A DNA stretch of 64,000 nucleotides, taken from assembly GCF_028641065.1 (NCBI RefSeq), contig NC_073406.1, forward strand, positions 5,456,001 to 5,520,000, written 5' to 3'. A program made the translations under genes and the position numbers. Shown here piece after piece: positions 1 through 15,300 of the stretch. The notes beneath the pieces were generated by a model, which worked only from the letters and a program-made list of their open reading frames with translations, ran no database searches and was not told where the DNA came from. The stretch's first letter is position 1. Each line of letters begins with the position of its first letter. Source of the stretch: Leucoraja erinacea (lineage: Eukaryota).

Positions 1-333
1 AAATTAAGCTATTTTCCCTCGTTCAGATAACTGGCAAAGTCATTGACCTCATACAGTAACTCCGTTTCTCTTTCTACAGATGTGGAGTTTGAGCATTTTA
101 AGTTTTTGTTTCCAATTTACAGAATTTGCATTTTGCTTTTTGGTCTTCAAAGTCCTGTGACTGTTGTGCCACTCGGCTTGGTCAACAACAATTATTTTGT
201 TAAATGGCTGCCTAATAAGATCAGTTCGACCTATAATTTGACATAGCCAAATACATCACCATCAGCACGAATTAATTAGAGACAATATATCACACCAATG
301 GACCCATTATGGAATCATGAGATTTGACATTAC

Positions 334-3300
334 CTTATGCTCATCATCAATTAGGAGCAGAACTTTAGCATAATCTTGGTCAACAATTGGAAGCAGCAAA
401 GACTGAAGAATAGGGCGGGTCAAAACTGGTGGATTGATTTGACTCCGTTTTCCGAAGATTGGATTGAAGACATGAAGAGAGCTCAGTCCGGTTTCCTGAT
501 TAAAGAGTGGGAAAAGAAAATGGGAAAAGGGATAACATTTGAATCAATCTTAATACGGAATATGTAATGTTTTAAATAAAATCCTGTGAACAAAATTAAG
601 AACAGCGTAAATAGTAGTGACTGGTTCAGGAACGTAATTTAGACAAATGCAAAAGTGGCTATTTACGCCACATTTTACACAAGTATTACTGGCTGTCTGC
701 AAAGCAGTCTGAACATTTCGACAAGGTGAAGGGGTTATCAGATTCAGTCATTTCCTTGTTTCTGCCAAATATAAACCCATACTATCCTTGTAACCATTAC
801 TGACAAAGCAGTTCATAAGTGATAGGAGCAGAATGAGGCCATTCAGCCCATTCTGCCATGCAATCATGGCTGATCTATTTCTCTCTCTCAACCCCATTCT
901 CCTGCCTTATCCCCCAAACCCCTGACACCCGTACTAATCAAAGTTGTGATCATTTCCACATTACACCCATATTCCCCTTCCTTCTCCCAAACCACTTCTT
1001 TGAGTAGATGTTTCAGACAAAAATATTTCAGAGGCTTACTACCATATGTTTAAATTCAAACTTATCTAGCCATTGGCCCATAATACTTTACATATTTTCT
1101 GAGCTATTATATTGTTTTTACCATCTGCGTTCATTTTTTCCTCCTCTTTCAACCCCCTGCATATCCTTCACTTCACGTTTCCTCTGGACCAAGGATCTAG
1201 ATGTGAACATCACCCACGGACAATGAACTTAACCTTCCACTTTCAGATCTGGCTGAACCCCAAGGTATTCATGGGCCCATTTCCAAAACTAATCACTCTT
1301 CAGAGAACAAAGAATACACTTCTTCACCACAACACATCCTCCTCTGCCTTCTCCATCCTCTCTTCCAAAGATGAAGGAGCTAAAGAACAATGTATAATGA
1401 ATGTTTTCATGTGTTGACTGACTCCATGTGCCTGTGATACTGCCACAGGCAAGATTTTAATTATACCTTTGCCTCCTTTGCCTCAACGTACTTGCACACG
1501 TGACAATAAATGTGCCTTGATGCCACAAGATTTGGTGCCATCCCTTTCACTTCAGCTCCCTTTGCCAATTTACTTTTTCTTTAGTCCAACAGGCCAGGTT
1601 TTCCTGGCTCTGCATGACATTTTGGACTGTATTTTAGCTCTTTTACCCAGTAGGCCCATCAACGGCATTTTAAACCAACCAAATTACTTATCACATAACA
1701 TTTCTTTCATTTGCTGACATTTTAGATTTTCTCGGAACTCTCCTCAAATCCTTGTCAAATCTTGCAACCACTCTTCCAAAAAAAAACTATGCTAGATCCA
1801 TCTATCCTACATCTCCAACATTTGGATGGCTATTTGAATATTGATTCAGAGTCCCTTGCTTAGATGCACAGAGTCTCTTGCCCTGCGTAGGTGAATCGAG
1901 GACCAGAGGACATAGGTTTAAGGTGAAGCGGAAAAAATTTAATAGGAATCTGAGGGGTGATTTTTTCACACAAAGGGTGGTTGGTGTATGGAACAAGCTG
2001 CCAGAGGCGGTAGTTGAGGCAGGGACTATCCCAACATTTAAGAATCAGTTAGACAGGTACATGGATAAGACAGGGCTGGAAGGATATGGACCAAACGTGC
2101 AGGCAGGTGAGACTAATGTAGCTGGGTGTGGGCAAGTTGGGCCGAAGGGCCCGTTTCCACTGTATCACTGTATAACTCTATGAATGACCAAGGCATAGAG
2201 GGGTATGCAATTAATGCAGGCAAGCAGAATTAGGATAGATAGGCATGATAGCCGGCATAGACACAGTTGGTCAAAGATCCTAGAATACAGAACATAGAAC
2301 AGCACAGCGCAGGAACAGGCCCTTCAGCCTACACTGTCAGTACACAACATGATGCCAAATTAAACTAATCTACTCTCCCTCCATATGATCCACATCTATC
2401 CATTCCCCACATATCCATGTGCTTCTTTAAAAGCCTGCTAAATGCCCCAATCATGTCTGCCTCTACCACCACCCATGGCAGAGTATTTCCCCTCAAAGAG
2501 CAAAATCCCGTACCAAGTCAAATAATAAATTCTGTAAACACTCTCATTGCCTAAACTGAGACACTGCAAAGTGGGCACACAAGACATGAAACCATTGAAC
2601 TTGAATAATGATTAAAACTTACTCAGTGAAAATGCTCCACTAATGTTGGAGGACACAGCTTATATTCTCACCTTGTCCTTAATGATTAGGGTGCATTGTG
2701 GTGGGTGAGGGAAATGAGCTGTCGTTCGCTGCACTGCCAGTTTGAAAGAGGAGCCTGGTTTCACATTCTCTAAATATTGCTTCCACAAAATGGTTCCCGT
2801 GCTGCTGTCAATTCCAAAGAGCTGAAATTTTTTTTTAAAAGGATGTCAGAAAAAACCCATTCAATTCAGCATGTAAAATGACAATGAAGACAACATCTAA
2901 ATGTCTGGAAACATTTATACTGCCCATAAATACTATGGGCAGCACATAGTCGCAGTTGGTAGAGCTGTTTTCTCATAGCACCAGTGACCCAGGTTCGATC
3001 CTAACCTTGGGTGTTGTCCGAGTAGAATTTGCACATTCCACCTGTGACCACAAAGGTTCATTTGGATGTTCAGGTTTCCTCCCAACATCCCAAAGACATG
3101 TGGGTTGATAGGTCGCTGTTAATTGCCCCGAGTGTGCAGGAATCTAGGGTGGACTCGAAACTGGGATCACTTTGAAATAATGTTAATGGGTGATCAATGA
3201 TCAGCTTGGACTTGTGAATTAAATGAATCCATTTCCAAAGCCAACCACTGGTGTCAAAAACTTAAATCAAAGCATTTCTTCTATTAACAGGCACTTGATA

Positions 3301-6300
3301 TACCAGAATGAGGAATAAAAGGAGAGCTGATATTGTTATACGCCTTGATAATGAAAAGTGCAAGAAATTATCAAAACAATTTAAAACTCTCATCTATTAA
3401 TAGATCTTCTGTCCTTTCTCGCGCACTTTATATATTCTTGCAGTGTGTTTTGAACTGATGGCGCTCTCACTGGACCTTCTTTGGCAACCGAAAAATATAC
3501 CTACCGGTTGCCAACCTTGCCTCATCTCCAGGTTAAAGTAATACCAGCTAATGGCGTGATTTATCATCAAAGGTGGCACTGGGTAATCAATGAGAAAATA
3601 AGACAGTGACATACTAGTCCCGGTGTCACCACACCTGACAAATTGTGGTAAGAATGGTTTTAACTATTATGAGACTGTTCTGTTCTGGTCTCCACGCCTA
3701 AACAAAAGATACAAAATCAGCACATATAAAATAATCCGGAATAGAATAAATGAAGGGCAAAATCAGATCAGTTTTTGCAAAGGTAGACAAAATTGCTGGA
3801 GAAACTCAGCGGGTGCGGCAGCATCTATGGAACGAAGGAAATAGGCAACGTTTCGGCCCGAAACATTACCTATTTCCTTCGCTCAATAGATGCTGCCGCA
3901 CCCGCTGAGTTTCTCTAGCAATTTTGTCTACCTTCGATTCTCCAGCATCTGCAGTTCCTTCTTGATCAGTTTTTCAAAGTGAACGGACAAACGATCAAAT
4001 ACAGCTCAAGAACAGGTGAATGAAATAGATTACTTTGGTGCATTACACTAATTTTAAGTAATTTTGTGCCAAGATGCAGAATTCTGCAAATATCATTTTC
4101 TACTGTACAATTGAAACAAAATTTAATAAAAGCACCAGGAATGTTGCATGGATTTAACACTCGGTATGTGTTCTCCTCGTGATCTACGGATGCACGGTAC
4201 AGCAGGTGGTCCACGAGCCAACTTTCACTATTTTAAGCACTATTTTTAACCAACTCAATGAGGGGCTGCAGGTCACCAGCTTATGCAGAAACCCGGCCAA
4301 GCAGAAGACAACTTGCTATGAATCGTTTACCTTTCCACATGCTGTTACCATCACCATCATCTTCTGCAGGTTAAACTCATCCCGGGCCAGGTTTTCGATC
4401 GTTATTTCATTCTTGGAATGATTACGAGGTTTGCGTGCATTGTAAAACATTTTGAGGAGGTGGTAGCTCCATGCTTGTAGCAGAATCAGCTGCGAGGACA
4501 GCCGCTTCATAAACATTCCCATCGGACCATCTGTCAGAATAGATACACAATCAGAAATGGTACGAGAACAGAAAACTGTTTCATATACACAAAGTGCAGG
4601 AACATTGGTTTTCTATCTGTGACTAACCTCTTAGCAGTTTTGGGCATTTAGATTCAATCTGTACATTTGTGTGGACCTCTCTCCCTGATGTTCAATAGAT
4701 TCCTGTATGCATTTTTTGACATTGTAATCAAATAGATTCAGCCCTTCAAGCCAGTTCCCACAAACCAGCATTTGCAGTTCCTTGTGTCCCCATATTCAGC
4801 ATGATCAGAGCTGATCATCCAATTTCAACACACTATTTTCTGCATTCTCGCCTCTAATCCCCCAATCCCTTTAGCCCCAAGAACCATATCCAACTCCTTC
4901 TTGAATATATTAATTGATTCGCAGGTTCACAACTCTCTGGGTAAGACAATTTTCCTCATTTCTGTCCACCCTTTTCCCTTGGACTATGATGCCTGGTCGA
5001 AGACACCTCAGTCCTGCATCTGGTCTGTCCAGTTAATATTTGAATTCTACAAGTCCCCTCCCATTCTCGTACATTGGAGCAAATACAAGACTAATCAACC
5101 CAATCTCTCTTCACAGTCATGCTGTTTCAGAATGGTTTAAGCGTGAAAATCTGTCCTCAAAGAGGGACATACAAGGAGCAGTCTCACCAAGGCCACATAC
5201 AATTAACAGTAGGATATCCCTGTTCCTGTACCCACATCTTCTCATCATGAAGTCCATCACACTAGTTTCCTTCTTAACAACCTGCTGCATCTACATGTCT
5301 TCAGTGTCCAGTTCAAAAGGACACTCTAGTCTCATTACATCTCTCCCTTTTCTAATCATTGTGGTCCAGATAAACTGTTTTTTGCCAGCATAGTGGATAA
5401 TTTCATACTTATCCACCTATCCTTGCCACCTAGCCTGTTTGCACATTTTGCACACTAATTGATTGTGCGGGATCTAAGTAAAAAGCTTTCCAAAAACTCC
5501 AAATATCCATGCATCACAGCCTGGTTTGCAAACAGCTCCATTCAAGACCACAAGACCGAGAGCTGTGGATGTCGCCCAGACCATCACGCAAAGCAATCGC
5601 TCTTCCATTTACTTCATCTACACTTCACGCTGCCTCGGCAAGGCTGCCAGCATAATCAAGGAATACTCTCACCCTGGTCATTCCCTCTTCACCCCTCTCC
5701 CATGAGGCAGTTTGAAAACTCATACCTCCAGATTGAGGGACAGTTTCTTCCTAGCTGTTATAAGGCAACTGACTGAATGGTCCTCTGATCAGCTGGAGTG
5801 GGATCCTGACCACCCGTCTACCTTATTGGAGACTTTTGAACTATTTTAAAATCAGATTTACACAAAATGTACCTTTAATTTGTGCACGGAGACGGCTTGA
5901 CTGTAATCACATAGTCTTTTGTTTCACTGGATGGCACACAAACAAAAGCTTTTCACTGTACCTCAGTACATGTGACATTAATAAACTAAACACGGGTTCT
6001 CCCACCTTTATTCTGCTAGTTAGTTGCATTCTCTCGGGCAGGTTAAATACCAGAGATGCAAATCCTTGAATTTCACCGTTTACGGAAGAGGGATCTTGCA
6101 GATCAGTTCAGTCCTCGAGCATATGTGAAACCAAAAGAAATCTCCCCCCTTAATGGACATGCAAAAATAGGTTTGCACCTTCCAATAAAAGACAGAACAA
6201 CAAAACTATGCATGAAACATGTTACCTTGCGCAGCTGGCTCCACAGCAGCATTAATAAAGAAAGCAGCATTTCAGTCATGTGTTGAACAAGCAGCGTAAA

Positions 6301-9300
6301 CCACGAGTAGTATTCCCATCCCAATGTTTGCATCACAATTACAAATAAACTTAATGTGAAGGATGTGAATACATTATGATGAAACTTTTGAACAGCTCAA
6401 TTCTAGGCTTTATTCTGCAATGGCTGTATCAGAGATTTTTAACCATGGTGCACCAATGGTTCCAAAGGGAACGCGTCTTGTTGATAAATTTAGAGTGCTA
6501 GTGTTATGCAATATGCACTGGTGCAGTAAATAAGCAGCACCTTCTCATTTGACTCCTATGAAAAACGTTACCGATTTTTGCAATATGAAAAATGCTAATT
6601 AAATTAAAATCAACATCACTGATGACAATCAAGTGCCAAAGTTATAAAATCCGCTCTTGCAGTTCAGAATTCGTTGCCCACCCTCCAGCAGCTTTCACCC
6701 ATTTCTGGAGCAGTTCCAGAAATGACCAGATTTGTTAAACTCCTCGCACTTCCCACTGTCGTATTTTAGCTTGTGATTTGCCAATCCAGTCCCACATTAA
6801 CTACACATTCACTTCCGATTGGCACAAAGCAGCAGGCAAAGCTGACAACACTCTGGAAACAGCCCAGCTTTCTAACACAGCTGCACACCATGTCATACTC
6901 CAGCTTCATAAATCCTCACGGTGCACATTAGTGTTCACAGTGATTAGTGGATGCATAGTTCACAGGATCCTGACCACCTGTCACATACTATTCTCCTTCT
7001 AATGCGTTAAGGAAAGTATCTAATATTATTAGTTACTAAACTGTAGATGAACACTGTCAGCCAGGAGGTGAGTATTAACTAAAGTCAATAACAATTCATC
7101 GGCTCTTCAAAATGGAGGAACCAGATTTTCTCTTCAATCTTAATCAAATGTATGTATGATTTAAGTGTTCCTTACTCTCTCCTTAGGAAGTTAGTAGCAG
7201 TTGAGTTGCTGAGCATTCCACAGTACCTGCTTTCTTTCCAAATTCACCCTCCAGCTCAGCCTGTGTTCCTGTTAGAGGCAAATCCACCATCTCCATGGTA
7301 ACAACTTCTGCTAATGCCTCATCTCGGGTCCAAATAATTCGACCTGTGAAAATAGTGGATGAGAAATGGTAATTTGGTTTTGAGAAGGATGTAGACAGTA
7401 TAGTGTATATATAGTGCCCTAAAATGGGGTGACCGTGTATAAACACTGCTGTAATTGCTACATGGTGAAACCAAAATGTATAAAAACGGCCTTTGTTAAA
7501 ATCTGACACTTTGCAATTTAACCACATGTGATTTTTTTTCTATTACAAATTTCAAATTGTGGAGTACAGAGGCAAATAAATAAATGATGGGTCTTTGTCC
7601 AAAACATTATGGAGGGCACTGTATTTATTCATCAGCCCCCTCCTTTCCTCGACCATTTGACACACCTGGTTGTTGGATGAAGATTAACGCATGATCAAAG
7701 GTCTGCACCAGAGCACGATACCCAACAGAATCATCTTTCTTCAGGAAAGCCTGAATATAGAGCTGAGAGCAAAAGAGGATCATGTGAGATTCCACTCAAG
7801 AAGAAGCAAAGATTCACTGCAGATATACATCATTGAAACAGGAATGTTCCCATTGATCCTATTATATGTATGCAAGAACACCATAGATCTCAACAGTTCT
7901 GCAATTACATATCTGTAGCTGCAGCCTGTGCGTCTTCCTATGTTGTTCTACAAAATGCACAAACTAACTAGGTTCCCCAAGTGATAATTTCAGGGATATG
8001 TTGCAAAGCCGTCATAATTCCACGATTTCCCCCCATGCATCATTTCAGTAAATCATCCACTTTGCCCGGAATTCACAAAACACAAAGCCAGCAACCAAAT
8101 TCTAACGCAGAGCTGCTTGCTTCCTAAGGTCACCCTGTCACCCACCCCCATCTCCCAACAAGTTCCCCAGCCTGCAATCAGGCCAGTCACACACTTACCT
8201 GTTCTGGTTGCCCACTATTTGGATCCAAGTTAAAGTTCATGGCCGTGTCTAACAATCGCCTGCCATAATCTGCAGAGTACAGATTAATACTTAAAGCCTG
8301 TGAAACAAAAGAAAGCTCAGTCCAAAATACAACGTTTCCGTTTATCACCAGACCAAAAATGCCTCCAGTATCAAACCCATGACATGAATGATCACCGTCC
8401 CATGGTAGTCTGTTTGATTATACAGGGAGGGAAGAAGAGAAAGTGAGTTAACTGTATTCCTTATATTGATACAAAGATATCAATATCATTATTTTCAATA
8501 ATAATGATGTAGATATCATCTTTGTATAATATAAGATAATGTACATTATGATATACAATAAAGAAATTGATATTATCTGTAATACTACTCAGTTCTCCAA
8601 ACAGTTCAATGTGAATTGAGGGATAAATATTGACAACGCCACAAGGAAGATATTCTGCCCATTGAATAACATGGGGTGGGGTGGTTTTTTAAAAGTCCCG
8701 ATAAGAAGGCAAGTAGGGCACAGTTTAACATAATTTCTCGAGAACTTGAGCCCTTTTGTTACATTTAGTTCCTGGAACGTATAGCCACACTATTTTACTC
8801 TGCTAATCTGTCGTGATTTAGCATCTTCTTTAATTCTGTGTTCTTTAGGACAGTTTGCCTGGTTGATCTTGTAATAATACTTTCCAGATTGGTTATCAGG
8901 GCAGAACAATGCTTTTTCAGGGATGCTTAACTGGAAAATGTAGAGTAGCATTGTTACAATGGAGAGCAAACTTCCACTAGACTGTCCCAGCAAATACTTC
9001 CAGGGCAACTGCGGGACAGGTTACATGCAAAGTATTAAAAGTGTTAGTTTTGCTTTTGGTTGAAAGAGTTCCTTACTGTTTTGTTCCTAGATGTCATGAC
9101 AGCTGCCACCATCTTGTCACCAGTTGTAGCAAAGGATACGAGCACAACCTGCAATAAGGAACACAATTATGCTTGAAGATAGACACAAATAGCTGGAGTA
9201 ACTATTGCAATTCCTCGTATGTTGCAAAACATACTTGGCGAATAAAGTGTGATTCTGATTCTGAACTCAGCGTGTCAGACAGCATCCCTGGAGAAACGGA

Positions 9301-12300
9301 ATAGGTGACGTTTCGGGTTGAGATCCCATGTCAGACTTTGAAAGAACCTTAATAACATTCCATTTTGATCCAAAAAGTGGGAAACAACGCAAGATCATAT
9401 GAATAAGTCTAAAGACACTTGTGCCCAAATACCCAACCCATGACAAAATCACACCACAAAACTCTCAGTTATCAAAGATCAACAATTTACATCACATCAC
9501 GGCTGTAAAAGTAGCAACAAGTGGTTTACCTTCCAAAAAGGCTCTACAACATCTGTGTAACTCATCAGGATAATGATGGAATACTCAACCACCCCATTCA
9601 ATGGAGGCAGACACAACGTTCATAACATCAATATATTATTCAGAAGTGACAAAGGCCAGACAACTTGACGTTTCCGATACACACTCCCCTAGCCCTCCAA
9701 TCACCAGCGGCATCAATGCTGGACACGCTCTAAAGCCGTGTTGTAGCATTTCCCCAAAATCACTTTGACATCACCCACCACTTTGAGCAGCAGTGCGACA
9801 TCATCGCCTGCAAGGTGTGTATCATCCTGACAGAAATGCATTGCTGTTGCCAATGTCATTACTGGAACCCCTTCCCAACCAGCAATTACGGAAGCAATGT
9901 CACCGTCAGGTCAAAAATTATTCATAAAGAACCATCACAAGCGTTTTCAAAGGGGAAACCAGAGTAAAGTAATAAATGTCAGTGTCTCTGAATAAAACAC
10001 TCATGTATATTAAAGTAAATTCAGGTAATATTCACACTATTGAATTTTCACCTGCAAAATCCTCAAATGGATACTTCAAGTTTCATGGAATGGGTTCCAT
10101 TTGCAGTGAAATATTTAAACCTTGAATGATCCAACAAAGATAAACACCTCGCCCTGGTAGATACGGGCAGCTGAACAACTAAGATAGAAACCATCTACAA
10201 TGAGCCAAGTCCAAGCTAATAACCACATTTCCTATCCAGGGTAGTGCTTCACATTCAAAAGAATGACCCCCCAAAAAATTAGATGCAAAATAGATCCCAC
10301 TCAATAATAATTTCCAAGCACTGGGGGTTACAGTAGAGGCATCATTTGGTCATATATATGTAGACGTATTATTTGATCATTCTCACCTGTGTAAAGTCAC
10401 GTAGCAGGCTGACTGTGCCATCATGCAGCTGTAATAATGCATAGTGGGTGTCCGACAACTGAAGGATGAATTGAGCAGCTGATGCCACCAGTGGTGACGA
10501 CTGTGTTGTTATAATCCTTTCCTCAAACTCCTCATCTAGTTCCAGCTCCAGAGACTACAGGAAGGGTAGGAGGAAAAAGAATAAGCAAAGATCAATTCAG
10601 AGCAAAACTCAGTCATCTTTTTGCAACCTTATACCGGCATTAATTATATTTAAAAGATTTATCCTGCAATCATTAGCATCTTCTGCAGCAAAATAAATAC
10701 AGGCGATCCCCGCATTATAGCTCTTCGGGTTCAGAAGTTCACCCTTACAAATCACTCCTGAAAACTTTGACATATAGAATATAATTTGCCCTTACAGAAT
10801 TTTAGTTGAGAAAAAGTAAATGAATAAACACAATTTTAAATTTTCAATTTGCATATCTTGACGCATGCATCAATGACAGTTTAATGTTTACGGAATATTA
10901 CAATATTGACGTTTTTTGCAAGGAACACAACACACCCTCTCCCCATAACACAGGCGCCACCTATAATAAGGCAAAGTAGCTGAACTTCACATAACTAACC
11001 TGCACCGATACAGAAAAACATTGCTACGTCTTCTGTGGAGGAAATGGATCTGGATCTGGATGTAGTACGCTGAAAAGCTCTAGGCAGAGCATCACTCAAC
11101 ACTGGACAATTTCATACTGGACAATTTTTACATTTTATCAAGCCAATTAACCTACAAACCTGTACGTCTTTGGAGTGTGGGAGGAAACCGAAGGTCTCAA
11201 GAGAAAACCCCACATAGATCACAGGGAAACTCCATACAGACAGCACTTGTAGTTGGGATCGAACCTGGGTCTCTGGCATTGCATTTTGCTGCAAGGCAGC
11301 AACTCTACTGCTGCGCCAACGTGAATGGACAGCTGACATTTTGGCTCGGGAGCCTTCTTCAGATTTAGAGTAGACTTGCCCACAAACAAGTCTGTTCTAC
11401 ATTACCATGAATCACCTTCAAGTTCCTAGCAACATCAATAAAAGGTCGATGTTAAAATGCCCATCTTCAAAAACAATCACAAACATGAAAGGGTGTAAAA
11501 TATATCCAAGGGATTATAATTAAAAAGATAACCAATACTTGCTGTACTCAAGGAGGTAGTAGTGATTAGGGAATTTCTGAATGATTATTAAAGTACTTTA
11601 TATCTCCTTCTGGCACATGAGGAATAATGAGTGCTCACCTGTATATCAACCTGCACCGGCTCTTGTTCAGATTGCAAAGGCAAGATCCAGAGTGAATCAG
11701 AGTCTGTGCACACCAGGTTTCCAGCCCCAACGATTCCACAAAGGTGACGCAAATGTCGAATCCAAGGAGTTAATATATTCAGCTGACAAGAGAAAACGCA
11801 AATTTGTCAACAGAAAGCAAACACCATTCGTGGTTTATTTGGAAAGGTCAATCATAATCTCCAAATTTGATGCACACAAGTATCTGATGTTAAGTAATGT
11901 CCCAAATACAATGCAGCACCCATACCCTCGACATCCATTAAACCCTGCACCAGGGTAATTAAAACTGGACAAAACCCATAAAAAAAGAGGTGATTGATAA
12001 CTGGTTTAATAAATTGTATTGTTGCCTTAATCAGTGACTGAATCAAGAGTTTAAATGTCATATGCACCAACAATGGAACAATACAATTATTATTAGTGTT
12101 TGCTTTCCCCTCATGGAGACAAATAGACTGAGGGGTGAGAAGGATAGTGCACAAATAATTATATTTAATGTCCTAGCAAACACCAGGTTCAATTAGAAGT
12201 GAATCACAGATCTTGGATTAACTCGTGTTAGTACTACAGAAAGCATAATCAGCATTCGCTCAACCTGCGCCATTACATTTATGTTTGTTCAGACCATACC

Positions 12301-15300
12301 CTTTTCATCCTCACCAGTTTTCTTCAATTCAAAACAAATGATCACATTCTATTACACTGAACTCTGATTTCCAAACCTGCTCACACCTGCTGAATGATCC
12401 TTCCATCGTTAATGTCGTACTGAATTACAGCAAGACGAGAGTCCACGGCCATGCCCGCCACGTACACAGTAGCACCTCCGTCCGAGTAAAGCAGCTCATA
12501 ATGGACCACATCGCTGAGGGGTAAAGTAGAGATACTGGTAAACTCACACAAAGGGACCGTGGTGTCCCACTGTCCTTCACCGCACAATTAAATAACTAAA
12601 TGATCCTCCTATCTTCAACTATACACCCAATTTTAATGCAAGATGCAGTTACTACATAACTATAAATCATCATAATCGTTTAATGCTTGCAAGTGTAGAT
12701 GCTTGGAATGAGCACGGCAGCTATCATGTTGAACATTGCCTGTGAGCATTGAAGCATTTACACATGCCTCCCTCCTGTATAGACTGTGGCTACACTTACC
12801 AAGGAGCTCAGATTCAAGGGATAACAAACAAAACAGAAAAACTGGAGCAGAAGCACTAAAATAAAGCAATTTACATCACTGACTTGAAATAAACCACGAG
12901 ATTAGAGAGTGTAGACTCCGTGAGACATGTCACTTGGAATATCTGCAGACAGATCTTTAACTGCAACTCATCTCATAGTCAGCTGGGGCTCATTCTCACT
13001 TCCAAGTCAGAAGGTTCCACATACAGAACACAAGATGCTGAAGTAACCCAACAGTTAAGCAGCATCTCTGGAGAACATGGATAGGCAATGTTTCGGGTTC
13101 AATGTATATTTGCAGCTTCAGAGACTTTTGGCACAAAGATTTAGACTCGCACTCAGCACAATCCTGGAGAAGTGCTATACGACTGGAGATTTCAGATGGT
13201 GCATTAAATCAAGACCACACTTTGCTTTCTCAAATGGACATAATTTTAAAAAAGAACAATGGAATTATTCCTTTAGTTTTGGCTAATCTCTTTCATTCAA
13301 TTAATATTTTTGATCACCAACATATTGTTGCTGCAGTAGGAACTTTCAATAAATTCCCACATTACAGAAGTGAAAACATTTCGAAAATAGAGACACAGGG
13401 AACTGCAGTGCTGGATTAACTCAGCCAGTCAGATAGCATCCATGGAGGAAATGGACAGACAATGTTTTGGATTGGGAGCCCTCTTTCAATACCTCAAAAA
13501 TACTTCACCTAACCAGGAAAGATGGGAATTACTTTGAAATATCCTCAGAGAGACACAAAAGGTCCTATATAAATGCAAGTCTTCATTTTCAAAAATCAGG
13601 GTAGAAATCAAAAACTGATCATTGCATTCACTCAACTTCTTTTCAATAATAAACTTCACTCCATGAGCTCCCACGTATTATCCCATCCCTATTAACATCA
13701 ATTGTAAAACACACAATCAGAAAATCACAAAGAATTCTATATGTAATCCCCATACCTCTCTGGTAGAGTTTCAATCCATTTTTGATGTCCATTTGAGAGA
13801 TAATGGAGAGAAATGAATGTTTTCTTCACAATGGCAATGAATCTGACTCCTTCCTCAGAGCCAATGAGGGAACCAGTGTGAAAACTGAAACAATATTTTT
13901 GATTAAATCAGACAAGTTGCAATGACCATGCCCTCAAACCTTCTTCAACAAAACAACCAAGTATCTTAAGATTAAAACCACATGCAATAAAGGATAAACA
14001 GAAATATCAGATTTCAACCACAGATCAATTAGAAGCAACTAGTTCTTAGGTTTTTCTTAATTATTTTCAAAAAAATAGTTTTATGTTGTCATTGTGTTTC
14101 TATTATGTTTTGAATCAAGAGGACTTTGAAATGTCCTCAGAAGGTCATGAATTGCACCTTAGCATGTCATTCACTCAATCTGTTTCTAATAATAAACACT
14201 TCCTTCATCGTCATTGCCATTGTTGCTCAGAAGGCCAACAGAACAATCCCGATTTTTATTTTACACCTTCAAAGTCCAAAAATAATTAATGGTTAATATT
14301 GGGAAAAATTAATATTCCTCTAATACAAAACATATTGACTCAGTATGTATTATTAGTTCAGGTGACCATTTGCCTGCATGGGTGATGAGCAGACTATTTT
14401 CAAGGGGCATCGTTGCATGATTTGCTCTTCCCCAATTTTACAGAAGAAACTTGGAAACTCATTGTTTATTCTTCTTAACATGACATTACCACTTTCCAGG
14501 AACACGCCACACACTAAATTACCATAATCCCACAAGGTGCAAATGCTAGTGACAACCTTTAACAGAAATGTTGTACAGAGGGTTCCACGTGCACAGCTCA
14601 CTGAAAATAGCAACACAAGCAGATAAAGTGGCAACGGTACGAGGCATAAAGTATAAAAGTCAGGAAGTCATGTTGCAGCTTGACAGTAATTCGATTAGAC
14701 TGCATTTGGAGTACTGTGTGCAGTTCTAATTGTCCCATTACGGGCGAATGCGGAGGCTTTGGAGATGGTGCAAAAAAGGTTTATCAGGATGCTGCCTTGA
14801 GTAGACAGAATTAGCTACAAGGTGTGGTTGGACAAACTTGGATTGTTTTCTCTGAACCACGAGAAGCTAAGGGGAGACCTCACAAATGTTCATTAAATTC
14901 TGAGCGATATAGTCAGAGCCTTTTTCCCAGGGTGGAAATGTCAGATACTCGAGGGGATAGGGAGTAAGTTTAATGGAGATGCACGGGGCAATTTTGTTTT
15001 TACGCACCCCGGTCGGTGGATATCTGGGACGCGAGCCAGAGGTGATGATGAAACCATATAATGTAGTGGTATTGAAAAGGCTTTTAAATAGACGCAGGGA
15101 ATGGAGGAATGTGGATCATGTGCAAGGAGAAGGGATTAGTCCGAGCAGGTGTCAAGTTTGACACAGACATCATACACCAAAAGGGCCTATTCCTGATATA
15201 TTATTCTGTGCTGCATGTTAAAAACTCAAAAATGCAAATTAATTGCTTCAGGTGAATCACCCCAGAGATTTTATTTCCATAATTCTCCATAATATCATTG

